64,000 bases of DNA from Azolla caroliniana (GCA_043228905.1 JBHGNT010000021.1:11160001-11224000), one strand, 5' to 3'; numbered from the stretch's first letter, positions 23,877 through 37,057 are shown. Numbers and translations are program-made. The notes: a model not told the origin generated them from the sequence alone.

Positions 23877-26800
23877 GGCCGGGAGTGGATTCGAAGTGCA
23901 AGGCACTTTCCCACGGGCGTGCCATGTGTTGGCCGGTCAGGAGAGCAAGGACAAGTGGGAAGGCGGAATCGGATCGGATAATAGGAAGTAAATAATAGTA
24001 GAATTATTATTCGGAGGGACGGATCCGGTACAGTTGTACCGATCCGGATCCGGACCGATTCGGATGTCGGTTGCCTAAGCGCACCGATTGTAACCTTGCC
24101 GGATGCCTATAAAAGGATCCGATGATTTGTAAAGTGTTGGGACGGAAGTAATACAATAGTAATTATTGCGTGCTTATCTGTATCTCGTATTGTTTACCGT
24201 CTGTGCTTAATTGTAATCATCTTACGCGTGTAACCTAGCATCCAATCCTTACCACCCCTTTGGAGAAGTGTCGGATAGACACCTGTGTTGAGGCTAGTCC
24301 GGGCAGACAGACAACAGCCAATTCGGCCGAAATGTTCAATTCGGAAGTGCCAAATCAGTTGAAAGCCAAGTGGACGAAAGGTTAGCCGAACCCGACACCG
24401 ACACCGACACCGACACCAAAGACCCGATCCGATGGGTTGAGGAGCGTCAGTACCGCGAAAACGAGGGAGTTAACAAGCCAATTGAGAAGGTCGAGGTGCG
24501 CGAGTAAGGCGTGCAGTGTTATCCGTGGGAGAAAGGGCGCGAAGTGTGAAACAAATCTAAAGAAATGAGTAGATGAAGTAGGTAAAAAGGTAGTCGACCG
24601 AGAACTCATAGCCAAGGAAGGTAAAATGAAATACATGCAGCCGAGAATAAAGGCCGTGAATTAGGAGGAAGTGTGCAAAATAGACGCTCGGCCACAACCA
24701 AGTTGAACACTCTATGGAAGATCTAAACAGAAATGGAGATTAATGCACTTACACAAAAAACAGAGAAGGACACAAGATGTTTACATGGAAAACCCTAATA
24801 GGGAAAACCATGGGAGCCCACAGACTCCAACTATCACTATGAGAAGAAAAGGTTACAACGGGAGACTCAGAGGTAACGACCTCGAGATCTATGCCTTCGC
24901 TAAACAGGCGGTTACAATAGAAAATCCTTTCTGTATCTCTATGTCTATCTCTCCACGTTCTATACAACACATAATAACAACGCACACTGTATGTATAAAA
25001 AGTGATTTCCCTATGTCATATTTATACTTATATGACTTTAGGACTATTTACAAATATAGCCATGATAGGCAAATCAAAAACATATTTATAGATATGTCCT
25101 TGGATCCGGTGCACACTAGATCCAGCCGGTCCGGTTCCTTTCTTTGGCATTCTTTGATCTCGCTCCTCTTGTTGTCATTCGGATTCCATCCGGAGGGACC
25201 GAATTCCCAACAAGGTCCCCCTTCACTCCGACATGGGATGTCTTGTCAATCTGATCCGTCTCCCGCACAACACCTTGGTCAGCATGTCTGACCGGTTCTC
25301 CTCCATATGGATCTTCGTTAGTAAGAACTCTTTATCTTCTACCTTCTCTCGGAGCCAGTGATATCTCCTCTCGATGTGCCTTGTTCGGGAGTGGTAGGCC
25401 GCTCTCGGACCAAGCACTTTGATTGTTGTAGTGGAGCCGGAATTCCTCTTGCCGGATGCCTAGCTCTCCGATGAAGTCCTTTATCTAGATTACCTCTTTA
25501 CCGACTTCTACAATCACCATGTACTCCGCGTCAGTTATCGATAGTGCAACAGACTTTTGCAGCCTTGGCTGCCACGATACGGCTCCCTCGGCATATGTCA
25601 TAACATATCCAGACATTGACCGGCTGTTATTGCATCAACCGACATATCCAAATCCGTGAATCCTTCAAGTTGGAGGCACAGTGTTGTACCGGAGCATCCA
25701 CTTGACAACGGTCCAGTGTTGTCTTCCCAGATTGCTCATGAACCGTCTAACCACTCTGACAACATATTTGATATCAGACTGGGTACACACCATTGCATAC
25801 ATCAAGCCTCAGACGGCAGAGGCATATGGAATCTTCATCATCTTTGACTTCTCTGTCTTGTTCTTCAGGCTCTGCTTCCCGAATAGCTTGGAGTTTCCCG
25901 AAAGTGTCGACCCGGACGTCCTGGCATACGACATGCTGAACCATTGAAGTACCTTTATCACGTACTTCTCTTGTGACAACCACAATAGCTTCTTCATCCG
26001 GTCCCGGACTATGTGCATCCCTAGGATCTGTCTCGCCGAACCCATATCTTTCATTGCGAATGACCAACTCAAATCCTTCTTCAACATTCTGATTTTGATA
26101 CGGTCCTGTCCAACGATCAACATGTCGTCCACATACAGCTGTAGTATCAGGAAGTATCCTCCGTCGAACTTCTTCAGAAATACGTAGTGATCGGCCTACG
26201 TCTTGTGGTATCCTTGATCGGTCATGAAGGAGTCGAACTTCCGGTACTATTGCCGGGTAGCTTGCTTCAGTCCGTATAAGCTCTTCTTCAACTGGCATAC
26301 CAAGTGCTCCTTCCCTATCTTAACATATCCCTCCAGTTGTTGCATGTAGATCTCTTCTTGGAGGTTGCCATGTAGGAATGTCGTCTTGACGTCTAGTTGC
26401 TCTACCTCGAGGTCCATGCTTGCCGCTATGCTCAACACAGTCTGGATGGATGTAATCTTCACTACCGGGGCAAAGATCTCATCGAAGTACACTCCTTTCT
26501 TCTACTGGAAGCCCTTCACCACAATGTGGGCCTTACACCTTCGTAGATTTCCGGAGTCTCCTAGTTTCAGCTTGTACACCCACTTGTTCTAGAGCGCTCT
26601 CTTTCCTTTTGTCAGCTCTGTCAATTCATATGTGTGGTTCTCATGTAGGGAATCCATCTCGTCCTACATGACACTTAACCACTTGCGGTTGTGGGTGTCT
26701 TTTCCGCGTCCTCAAAGCTTTCTGTCTCCCCCTCGTCGGTCAACAACACATGCTTTGCATCCGGAAATCTCCGGGGGGCTCTCTACGGTGTGTCCCCGTC

Positions 26801-28096
26801 CAAGGGTGTTGAGGGTGATCTGTTTATCATGTACGTCATTGTCATTAGCGTTTTAGCCCAGAACGTCTTGGGCAGCTTAGCATGTGCCAACATGCTCTAG
26901 ACTCTCTCCATCACGGTTCAATTCATTCTTGCGGCCAATCCGTTTAGTTCTGGCGTCTTCGGCACGGTAAATTCGAGCCGGATTCCCTTGAACCGGTAGT
27001 ACTCCCCGACTTGCCCCCGATATTCTCCTACGTTGTCCGCTCGAACCGCCTTCAGCTTCCGACCGGTTTCCCTTTCCACCCTCGCGTGGAATTCCTTGGA
27101 GACAGATAACACATGGTCCTTCGTCTTTAGTGGTGAGACCCACAACTTCTGGCTGTGGTTGTTTATGAACCTCACGAAGTATTACAATCCGGCATGTGAC
27201 TTAGTGTCGACTTGGCATTCATCGATATGCACAAGTTCCAACGGTGCATCCCGTCTCAACGGCGGTCTTGACCGAAAAGAGGTTTTGCTTGCCGGTCAAG
27301 CAATCGGTGCACTTCTCAAGATGCACGTCTTTCACCTCTGGAATGAGGTTATCCTCGGCCAATCTTCTCATTCCTTTCTGGCTCATGTGACACAACCTCT
27401 TGTGCTGCAGCTCACCGGCATTTTCGGATGCCACTTTCACATCCTCCCGACAGATCTAGACATGCATCAAGTATAGAGTGTTGATCTTCCGGGCTCGAGC
27501 CACAATTAGGTTGCCTTTGCAAAACTTCATGATTTCATTCCGAATGCTACCTGTGTAGCTTCATCATCTAGCCCACCGACTGATATCAAGTTCAACTGAA
27601 CCTCCGGAACGTGTCTGACATCCTTCAACAACAACTTTCATCTGGTTGACGTCATCAACCACACATCTCCTATGCTAATAATTTGGCATGCACCTTCATA
27701 TCTCATCCGGACAGAACCGCGATCTCCGGCTCTATACAATGAGAAGCATTTCCAGTCGGGGGTCAGATGGAACGACGCTCCGGAGTCGATCACCCATGTC
27801 GTTTCGTTGTTGACAAGATGCAGCTCACTCTCCTCAATGATTAGTAGTAGTTCTTCTTCACTTGTCGTGATCGCCGACGTTCCTCTCCTTTTTGAAATCT
27901 TCTTCGCTTTTCTGAAAGTGTTGACAACTCTTCTAGAAGTGCCCTAGGTTTCCATAATAAAAGCAAGTGGGCCTCCTCCTTGACTTTGACCTCATTCCTG
28001 ATGTGTCCCGGTTCTAGGGACTTTGATTCCGACCTCTTCCCCGATTATGGTCATCTTCTGTGACCAAGGTCTTCAGATCGGTTCCAGACTCCGGGT

Positions 28097-28292
28097 CCTT
28101 CCGGCGAGCTTCTTCATCCAGCAAGCTTGATTTTACCCTTGCTAGGGAAAACTGCTTTCCTTCCAGCGAGCTTCTTCATCTAGCAAGCTTGATTTTACCC
28201 TTGCTAGGGAAAATTGCTTTCCTTCTGGCGAGCTTCTTCATCTAGCAAGCTTGATTTTACCCTTGCTAGGGAAAACTGCTTTTCCTTCCGGC
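28097..28292. repeat. Three tandem copies of a ~62-bp unit inside the gag of Copia B
   Basis: Unit CCTTCCGGCGAGCTTCTTCATC...GGAAAACTGCTTT starts at 28097, 28159 and 28221; junction microhomology CCTTCCGGC at 28284. Confidence 0.9.
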
Positions 28293-28359
28293 CGGGCGTT
28301 GCCCAAGGTGACAACTAGCGTCTCCCAACTATCCGCGAGAGAACCAAGCACGACCAACG

Positions 28360-28901
28360 TGTTGGGAAATCGGTCCCTCCGGATGGGATCCGGGTATGAA
28401 TGGAGAAGACCCGGTGAGAACCGGAAGAGATCCGGAAACCGGATCGGTGGACCCGGTGAGAACCGAAAGAGAAGACAGATTTGTAAATATGTCTTGAATA
28501 AGCCCATTGAGGCTATATTTGTAAATATCCCTAAGTTCATATAACTATATATATGACTTAGGGCAATCACTTTAGAAGTGGTGTTTTGAGTTGTTGTCAT
28601 ATTGCTTAACTGTTGTACAGAGAGAGAGAGAGAGAGCTTGAGAGCAGCTACGAGCACTCTCTGTTGTAACCGCCACTTGGCGAAGATCGTGAGGACGAGG
28701 TCGTTGCCTCTGTGGCTGCATTTTTTATTTCTTCTCTTCATAGTGATAGTTCGGAGTTTGTGGGCTCCCGTGGTTTTTCCCTATTAGGGTTTTCCATGTA
28801 AGCATCCCGTGTATCATTTTCTTGTGTACTCTCATACCCATTCCCATTTCTGTGTTCAAGGCTCGGTTGTGGCCGAGCAACATTCCGCGCAGTTCTCGAC
28901 A
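28360..28901 (+). repeat. Solo LTR of the B/H Copia group inserted in opposite orientation in the gag of B
   Basis: TGTTGGG...GACA, similar to the reverse complement of LTR 24672-25212. TSD CAACG/CAACA. Removal restores PLADEVL.LVVLGSLADSWETLV. Confidence 0.87.
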
Positions 28902-29959
28902 CAACACAAGTACCTCGTCAGCTAAAGGTAATTCTAGTGAGTTTATTTGATTTATGAGACCATGGAATGCATTCATGTGCTTCGGAGTCTCACTAACTTT
29001 CGGAATACCGAAACCCGATTTACGACGTTTTTACACTCCAGCATGGTACCGATTTTCTCCCAGAGCACATGAGCCTTGCTTTCTTCATCGACGTTGTTGT
29101 ACAAGCTCATGTCGATGAAGCACCTAATGTATGCCATCATCTTCATGTGCATCACCTCCCACGTCGTGGCATCGATCTTGTCCCCGAACTGTACCGGAAG
29201 CCAAAGATCTTTGACCACGAGCATATCCCTCATCTTCGAATTCCACATTGGGTAGTTAGAGTCGGTGAGCTTGAACATGTTTTCGAATGACTCTTCCATT
29301 TTCTTCAAGGTTTAGAACCTTCGCTCTGATACCAGTTTGTGTGGACTAGTGCCTCGACCACAACCGAGTTGAACACTGAATGGAAGATCTAAACAGAAAT
29401 GTCGATTAATACACTTACACAAACAATAGAAAAGGACACAGGATTTTTACGTGGAAAACCCTAATAGGGAAAAACCATGGGATCCCACAGACTCCAACTA
29501 TCACTATGAGAAGAAAAGGTTACAACGCGAGACTCAGAGGCAACGACCTCGAGCTGTATGCCTTTGCCAAACAAGTGATTACAACAGAAAATCCTTTCTG
29601 TATCTCTCTCTCTATCTCTCCACGCTCTGTACAACAGATAATAACAACTCACACTCTTTATGTATACATAGTGATTTCCCTAAGTCATATTGTTAAAGTA
29701 AACGTGCGGAAGTGTTCGATAAACCAACTTAATCGGATAGCAACAAAAGATGAGAAGAAAAAGTACACACACACACACAGAGTATGCGTACACTAGAGAG
29801 AGAGAGAGAGAGAGAGAGAGAACGTAAATTGTATTAAAAAATACTCTAAAAACTCTCTATATACAATGTGCTAGACAACACTATTTATTCAAATCCTTAG
29901 AGGACTAACAGAAGTATAGTGTACTTCAATGCTCCTATGAGTGATTGATTCATTCTAGC

Positions 29960-30660
29960 TGTTGTTGGAATCGACTGCCTCCGATTTGTTCTGGCTCTTG
30001 TTTGAGTTGATAGTTGTGAAAGTGTTTTTAGAATTCAAGGTATTGAAGTCTACAAGAATATAAGGTATGGTGCGTTCACATCCGGAGGGCAAGATCACGA
30101 GCTAAGGTCTTAAGGATAAGTCAAACTAAAAGCAAGAAAGATGGAGAAAAGTAAAAGAAGAAAAAAGCGGGCACCAAAACACAGTCTGCAACGAACGCTC
30201 ATAACTGATTCGTTTGGAAGCCAAATATAATGTGTAAATATGGGTTGCAAAGCTTGTGAAGATAGCTATCCATATCTTTTTAAAGCTCTAAATTTAGAGC
30301 TTGGAAGAGGGAGATATGACGATTTGAAGATCGTTGTGTCATAGATAAGAATAGGACTCGATGAAAACTCTAAAAAAAGCGTAAAAAAGAAAGCAAGGGA
30401 AGCTTATCCAGTGGAAGAGAACTTTATATAAAGGAAGAAGAGTAAGGTGGTGTGAGAGTCTCTTTCTTGTGATGTTTTCTTGCCTATTCACGTAGTGTTG
30501 GTTGAGTTGTTATCAATTTATCCTTGTAGACTTGGATTTATGTATCTTCTTTCTCTCTTCCTTCCATCATAATTATTCATTAGCAATAGATCTTTCTGGT
30601 TTTGGGTCTATTTATCTTCCTTATCTCTCCTTTCTATAATCTCTATCTCATCAATAGTAT
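29960..30660. other. Unclassified AT-rich, LTR-like insertion
   Basis: Begins TGTTG, has a TATATAAA (~30425) and a pyrimidine-rich tail, and is unrelated to its flanks. Possible CTAGC/CCAGC flanks, but no clean CA end and no second copy. Confidence 0.35.
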
Positions 30661-32464
30661 CCAGCTCGTCTTCCGTTTTTAGGCCCTTCACCATATCGGA
30701 ACACGTCCGGATCTTGGCCTTTTTCCCGTCAGGTCTGTCCTTCTTTACTTAGCCGCCGCTGCCATTTGCTCTGACTTGTTTGGATGTGCCGACTCCTTTG
30801 GTCATCTCAACTTCTTTTTTTTGCTTATCTTCCCCCCTTTGTTCATTCTTCCTTTTTCTACTTATCTCCTTTGTGTCATCTGTTCCTGTTCCTATTCTCT
30901 CCCTCAAGTGCGGCACGTTGAGATGCTGAACACCAAGTATTTCGGTGAAATGCTGCAACTTGTCTGATCCAAGCGGTTTGGGGAAGATATCGGCAATCTG
31001 CCGATCCGTCTGAACATATCGAAGGTCAACTTCACCGCTCAAGACCCGTTCACGCATGAAGTGATAATGCACTTCTATGTGCTTTGTCCGAGCATGGAAT
31101 ATAGGGTTCTCCGTGAGCTGAATGCTACTCATGTTGTCACAGTAGATCAGGATCGGGGTTGGTGCCTTGATCCGGAGGTCACGCAGCAATCACCGAAGCC
31201 AAATGGCTTCACAAGTGGCGTTGGTAGCGCCCCGGTAGTCAGCCTCAGTGCTTGATAGAGCCACTATCGACTGCTTTTTGCTTCTCCATGCAATAGTCGC
31301 GCTACCTAGAGAAAACATGTAATCGGAATTGGATCGGCGATACGATGCATCACCAACTTCCCAGCTATACCGTGTCGGTATAACAGTCCCCGGTCCTTCG
31401 TGTCGCTAACATACCGGAGTATCCGGTGTGCCCACTAAAGGTGCTCAACGATCGGCTTCTGCATGAACTGGTTGATCACTCCGACCAGGTAACTGATGTC
31501 GGGTCGAGTGGTGGTCAAGTATATGAGGCTTTCGACAATTTGTCAGTCCAGGGGTGTGGAGATCGGTCGACATTCCGTCATGCCAAATTTGTACAACATA
31601 TTCAACACATAGTGTCTTTGTGAGAGAAATATGCCATCAGGGGTCTATATCACTTCGATTCCAAGAAAATAATGAAGGTCCCCAGGTCCTTCATTTCAAA
31701 TTCCTCTGACAGCTACGACTTCACTCGGCCGATTTCATCAAGTCTGGGTCTGGTGATGACTAAATCCTCTACATAAAGCAAAATGCAAACCGGATCGTCT
31801 GGACCGTTCCGGACGAACAATGAAGAGTCAAACTTAGAGGCCACAAACCCCATCTTACTGTTGTTGGGGTGGGGGGTGAAGCCTAAAATGGCTTCACCCC
31901 CCTCCCAAAGGGGTTACATGTGGGAGAGAGAGAAGGAGAGTAAAACAAATAAACAACACCAAAATGAGAGGGAAAAAGTTATTCACTACATACCTGTTGA
32001 GAGACAAGCTCAACATCAGCCGATCCAGAAGCCGAGGACTGGATCGGTTGGGACCGATCGGTTAGGCCGAGTGCATAAACCGGGAGGCCGTTAGGAAAGA
32101 TATTCCGTGAGGAATATATTTGGGAGTTAGTGTAGGAGCTCTTAAAGAGCATTGAAGTACGGTCAGTACTTCAGTCAGTCCTTCGAGGACTTGTATAAAA
32201 GTGTTCATGGAACACACGTATGTATAGAGTAGTGAATCGAGATTTTGTTTGTTGTTGAATATAGTTCTTGTGTTCTCTCTCACTCTCTCTGTCTCTCCCA
32301 CGTATACTGCGTAAGCTCAAGCTCTCCATTAAACCTGAGTTTTCTTCCTTCTGTTCCGTCTTCATACCTGCTTCCGCACGCTACTTTCTACATGGTATCA
32401 AAGCGCGAGGGTTGAGAACCTCTCTCCAGCCGACACAGCTTGACGAAGAAGAACAAGAAGAACG

Positions 32465-35400
32465 ATGGATAGAGGCATAGCGAGCTCGCTTCCAACAGAG
32501 AAGCTCGACAGAACCAACTACGTGTCTTGGTCTTACAAGATACACCAATACCTGCTCGGGCACCACTACTGGAGTTATGTCGAAGGAGCTAATGACGCGG
32601 CACCCGAATCGACACACAGAGACTTCCCGTCGTGGGAGCAATTGGCGAGCAGGGTATTGTACTGCTTCGCGTCGTGTGTGGGCGAACAACTATTGAGCTA
32701 TGTTTGGGATGCAAAGACGCTGAAGGGTGCGTGGGAAAATCTGAAGAAGATTTTCGCCGCGAGCACCACAACCAGGAAGCTTCAGCTCCGACAGGAGTTG
32801 AGCAACCTACGACAATGCGACTTGTCGGTGGCGGACTATACCTCGAAGATCAAGGATATCTGCGACTCCCTCGCCTCCATAGAGGTGAACATCGAGGAGA
32901 GCGAGATGGTCCAGATCTGTCTCAGAGGTTTGGCGTCGAAGTTCGGAGCATTCCGAACGGCAGTGTGTACCCGGGAGAATACGCTGTCCTTTTTCGACTT
33001 ACAGTCAATGCTCCTGGTAGAGGAGAACCACGTGGGTGCGTCTACAAGCACGCACGCCGACAACAGAATGTTGTACACGGAGGGAGATAGGCCCCATGGA
33101 CATGGAGGACGAGGCGAGTCGGCGCGCAATGGAGGCGGCCGACGAGATCAAGGAAGAAGGCACCGAAGTGATGCCGACAGCAACTCCGGACCCTCCGGAA
33201 ACAGGGGGAGTTGAAGCGATGAGAACCGGCAAGGGAAGGCCATTGCGGAGTGCTGGTACTGTGGCAAGAAAGGCCACAGGGAAAGTCAGTGCTGGAAGAA
33301 GCGCGCCAATTCCGAGAGAACTAGTTCCAGAAACGGCTCCAGACATACCGACAAGGGAAATCAGCAGCGATCGCACTACGCCGAAGACTCCGGGAGAGCC
33401 GAAGAAGGGTCTGCCTTCGTGATGAGACACGAAGCAAACTCAATAAAATAGAGCACCCCGAGATCGAACGAGGTGTGGTACGTAGACTCCGACGCGTCAA
33501 ACCACATGACGAGCCATAAGGAGTGGTTCTCGTACCTTGAAAAACCGATACACCCTGGAGTAGTCGCAACTGGAGACGACACTTCGCATCCGATCGCGAA
33601 TGTCGGAGAAGTTTCCCTTAGCCATGTCGGGCAGAAAGGGAAACTCATGAACGTGCTGCACGTTCCGACAATCACGAAGAACTTGGTCTCGGTCGGACAG
33701 ATCGTCGACCAAGGGATGGAGGTTCGGTTTACACACCTCGAGTGCTTCATTGAGGAAGAAGGCCGTGTGATTGCGCAAGGGCGTAGAGACGGTAGGATGT
33801 TCATCCTCGACTCCACCGACGGCGGCACCGCAATGTTCGCAAAGGGAAGAAAAACCAAGTCGGATATCGACTTGTGGCATAAGAGGATAGGCCACGTCAA
33901 CTACCAGCGGCTTCAAGATCTGCAATCGAAACAGGTAGTGTTCGGATTGCCCAAATTTAGTGGCCGAAAGGCACAAATTTGTGAAGCCTGCCAGCTCGGG
34001 AAGCAACACCGACTTCCTTTCCCCAACGAGCAAAACTGGAGCCGGAATAAGCTCGACCTTATACACTCCGAGATGCCGAGAGGCCTCCGGATGAGCCCGA
34101 AATCGAGACCCGCGAAGAGAGTCCGATTTCACTCCATTTAAGTGGACCGAGTGGACCGATTGGACGACTGAGTCGGTACGACCAGTCCGATGAAGAGCCG
34201 GCGAGTAGTGGAGACTCGGTCGTGCATTCCCTGCGCAGGAAGCCGAGGAGACGGCTTACGCGCAAAGAGAAAGGGAAGAAGAAGGTGTCGGATTCTGGCA
34301 TGAATAGGAACGAGTCTGACCGATGCGAGTCTGACTCCGAGGGAACCGGTGACGGGTCTTTAAAGGTGAAGACCGCGTCGACCGAGAAGGCCTTGACATC
34401 GGCTAATGTGAGATTACGCTGATCTACCCACCAGAAGAACCCTGTCTTGCGGTTCGGATACAACGAGTACATGGCGCATCATTATGCGTACATGACCCGT
34501 GTAGCGGAAGTGCGTGAGCCGGAGAGCTACGCAGAAGTGGCTAAAGACGCGAATTGGTGTGCCGCGATGGAGGAAGAGATGCACGCATTGGCGGAGAATG
34601 AGACATGGGACCTGGTTGACGCACCAAAAGGGGTAAAACCGATCGGGTGTAGGTGGGTGTAAAAAGTCAAGTACAACACCGATGGCTCGGTCAACCGGTA
34701 CAAGGCTCGGCTAGTGGCAAAGGGCTACGCGCAGAAACACGGCATCGACTACGATGAGACATTTGCGCCGGTCGCGAAAATGACGACCGTCCGTGTTTTG
34801 CTCGCAATAGCCGGGGCCAAGGGGTGGCACCTACATCAGATGGATGTAAAGAATGTGTTCCTGCAAGGTGACCTTGAGGAACAGGTGCACATGGTACAAC
34901 CCCCCGGATTTCATTTTGGAACGAACTCCTCGGCAGTATGCCGATTGAAGAAGTCCCTTTACGGACTGAAGCAAGCCCCGCGTGCCTGGAACGCGAAGAT
35001 CACACAACAACTGCGTCGGATGGGCTTCGTCACGTCAGAATCAGACTCTTCCCTATTCATCCGGAAAGGTCAACTCGGACCGGTTAGTATTCTACTATAT
35101 GTCGATGACTTGGTCATCACCGGCGCCGACCTAGGCGAAATCGACCGCGTGAAGCTCCAGCTTGCGGCATCGTTCGACATGAAGGATCTGGGGGACCTTC
35201 ATTACTTCCTCGGGATCGAAGTGATCCGTACCCCCGAAGGCATATTGATCAGCCAACGTCATTACGTGCTGGGTATGCTCTTCAAACTCGGGATGGCCGA
35301 CTGGAAGTCCGTGTCGACTCCTCTGGACAGAACAATCAAGCTTCGTCCCGATACGGGAGAGGTATGCGACCCGACGAGGTTCCGACAAATTGTCGGAAGC

Positions 35401-36322
35401 CTCATATACTTGACCATCACCCGACCCGACCTCAGTTATCCGGTCGGGGTGATCAGTCAGTTCATGGCGCTACCTACCGAGAAGCACCTTCAGTGTGCGC
35501 AACACGTACTGCGGTACGTAAGTGGCACTAAGGACCGAGGACTGCTATATCGGACCGGTGCAGCCGCGCAGTTAGTCGGCTACACCCATGCTGATTGGGC
35601 TGGCAACGCCGCCGATCGCCGATCCACGTCCGGATACGCGTTCTCCCTCGGGAGTGCCACGGTCGCGTGGAGCAGTAAGAAGCAGCCGACAGTTGCACTG
35701 TCGAGCACTGAAGCTGAGTACCGAGGAGCGGTTGTCGCGACGTGCGAAGCCATATGGTTGAAGCGGCTACTTAAGGACCTGCAAGAGGAGGTGTCAGATC
35801 CGATGACGATCTACTGCGACAACCTCAACAACATCCAGCTCGCGAAGAACCCCGTTTTCCACGCACGGACCAAGCACATTGAGGTGCACTACCTACCATT
35901 TCGTCCGTGAGCGTGTCCTTTCCGGTGAAGTCGAACTTCAGTATGTGCCGACGGATCGGCAGACTGCCGACATCTTCACTAAGCCTCTTGTTCTGGACAA
36001 GTTGCGGCAATTCTCAGGTGCGCTCGGATTGCGTCACCTCGACGTGCCAAACTTGAGGGGGAGAATGGACCCGAACGACCAAGCAAGGCAGCAGGAATGG
36101 AGTGGAGACCGCGACACCAAGTCGGTTGTCGACTTCGACTTCGGATCGGCTGAAGAAGTTGAGGGCGGACCCATGGAAAAGTCCGGAAGCGGACAGAAGG
36201 GGAGCAACCGAAGGAGAGAGTCGAAGCCAACCACGAATTGGGAAGATGACGCCATCGAGGGCGAGAAGACCGAAGACGAGTTGGAGACAGCCAACTCGAA
36301 CGAGAGCGAATACCGATCATAG
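32465..36322 (+). pseudogene. Copia gag-pol of element E (stops, frameshift, integrase core missing)
   Basis: Gag MDRGIASSLPTEKLDRTNY, CWYCGKKGH knuckle, WYVDSDAS, LWHKRIGH..CEAC, then a jump after LIHS (~34070) into the linker. RT MDVKNVFLQG, YVDD. RNase H KHIEVHY. Confidence 0.92.
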
Positions 36323-37057
36323 GTAGCTGAGTCGGTTCGGATGTTTGATTCAGATATGCTGAATCAACCGAGGCACAAGCGGAAGAAAAGGCAGCAGGAG
36401 AAGCGTCAACACCGCAACAGCAGAAGAGCTGATAAGGGCCGCATGAGCAGACAAGCCGACCGAAAGGGTCGAAGCGCGCGGAGTCGAACAGGTCGAGGAC
36501 CGCGAGCGAGGCGTTGTCGTGACTCTTGAGTAGGAAGCAGAGAGAGAGCGATGGCGATAGAGATAACGATAATGATAGAGATGGCGAGAGCGGTAGAGAT
36601 AGCGATAGTGATAGCAAAAGAGAGTGAAAAAGGGAGAGAGTGCGAGAGAGAGAGAAAAGTATAAGTGAGAGATAAGAAATGGGAATGAGATTATATTATG
36701 AGAAAGAAGATTACAAGGAGTAGGCTAAGGGCTAAAGACTGGTGTTGAACCGAATGAGTTGTGATGAGTGTATGGACTCTTATTTATAGGCCCTTATGGA
36801 GTATTCTAGAATGTTCTAGAATATTTTAGATATTTATGAATAATAATAATAATAAATATAATCATGAAATATTCAAGAACATTCTAGAATAATCTAGAAT
36901 GTTCTAAATATCTCGTAATAACTAAACATATAATTATTATGATTACATCTCACATATGTTATTACAATGGTTAAAGTACAATATGTAAACCAAGAGGTTA
37001 TGGGTTCGATTCCTGGTTTGCCAAGATGAATGTCATGATAAGCCAAGATGTATGTCT

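Larger units (their letters stand above)
14144..24316 (+). mobile_element. Full-length non-chromovirus Ty3/Gypsy (Athila/Tat-like) with a large extra ORF 3' of pol
   Basis: 390-bp LTRs 14144-14533 and 23927-24316 (about 4 substitutions seen). TSD GCCAA (14139-14143, 24317-24321). PBS-like TGGCGACCAC at ~14540. RT motifs WLSPIVVV..CVDYRKLN..FLDGFSGYNQI..FLDD. No chromodomain. Confidence 0.95.
4191..24671 (+). mobile_element. Decayed Ty1/Copia host (A), split into 4191-4523, 10055-10299, 12535-12566, ~12945-14143 and 24322-24671
   Basis: Removing the insertions restores LRRSTRQKNP|MIRYGYNEYMAHH, KYNADGSV|N..L.AK, MKDLG, YIDADWA and KHIEVHYHF, collinear with the related copy at 34059-36322. Confidence 0.8.
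24672..29690 (-). mobile_element. Decayed Ty1/Copia (B), related to 46899-52418; 5' LTR interrupted at 29691
   Basis: 3' LTR ~24672-25212 with PPT at 25213-25223. 5' LTR from 29338. tRNA-Met PBS (GCTCTGATACCA) at 29323-29334. Broken gag, integrase and RT pieces (LDVKTTFLHG, VDDMLIVG, HIERRYHW). Confidence 0.85.

Noticed and set aside
31862-31907. Helitron 3' hairpin or MITE
   Set aside because: No CTRR end or terminal inverted repeats; the second copy at 44202 next to a PBS-like site fits an LTR end better.
35979-36617. 212-aa minus ORF starting LSLSLSL
   Set aside because: Chimeric frame crossing the F LTR hexamer repeat into the antisense strand of element E.
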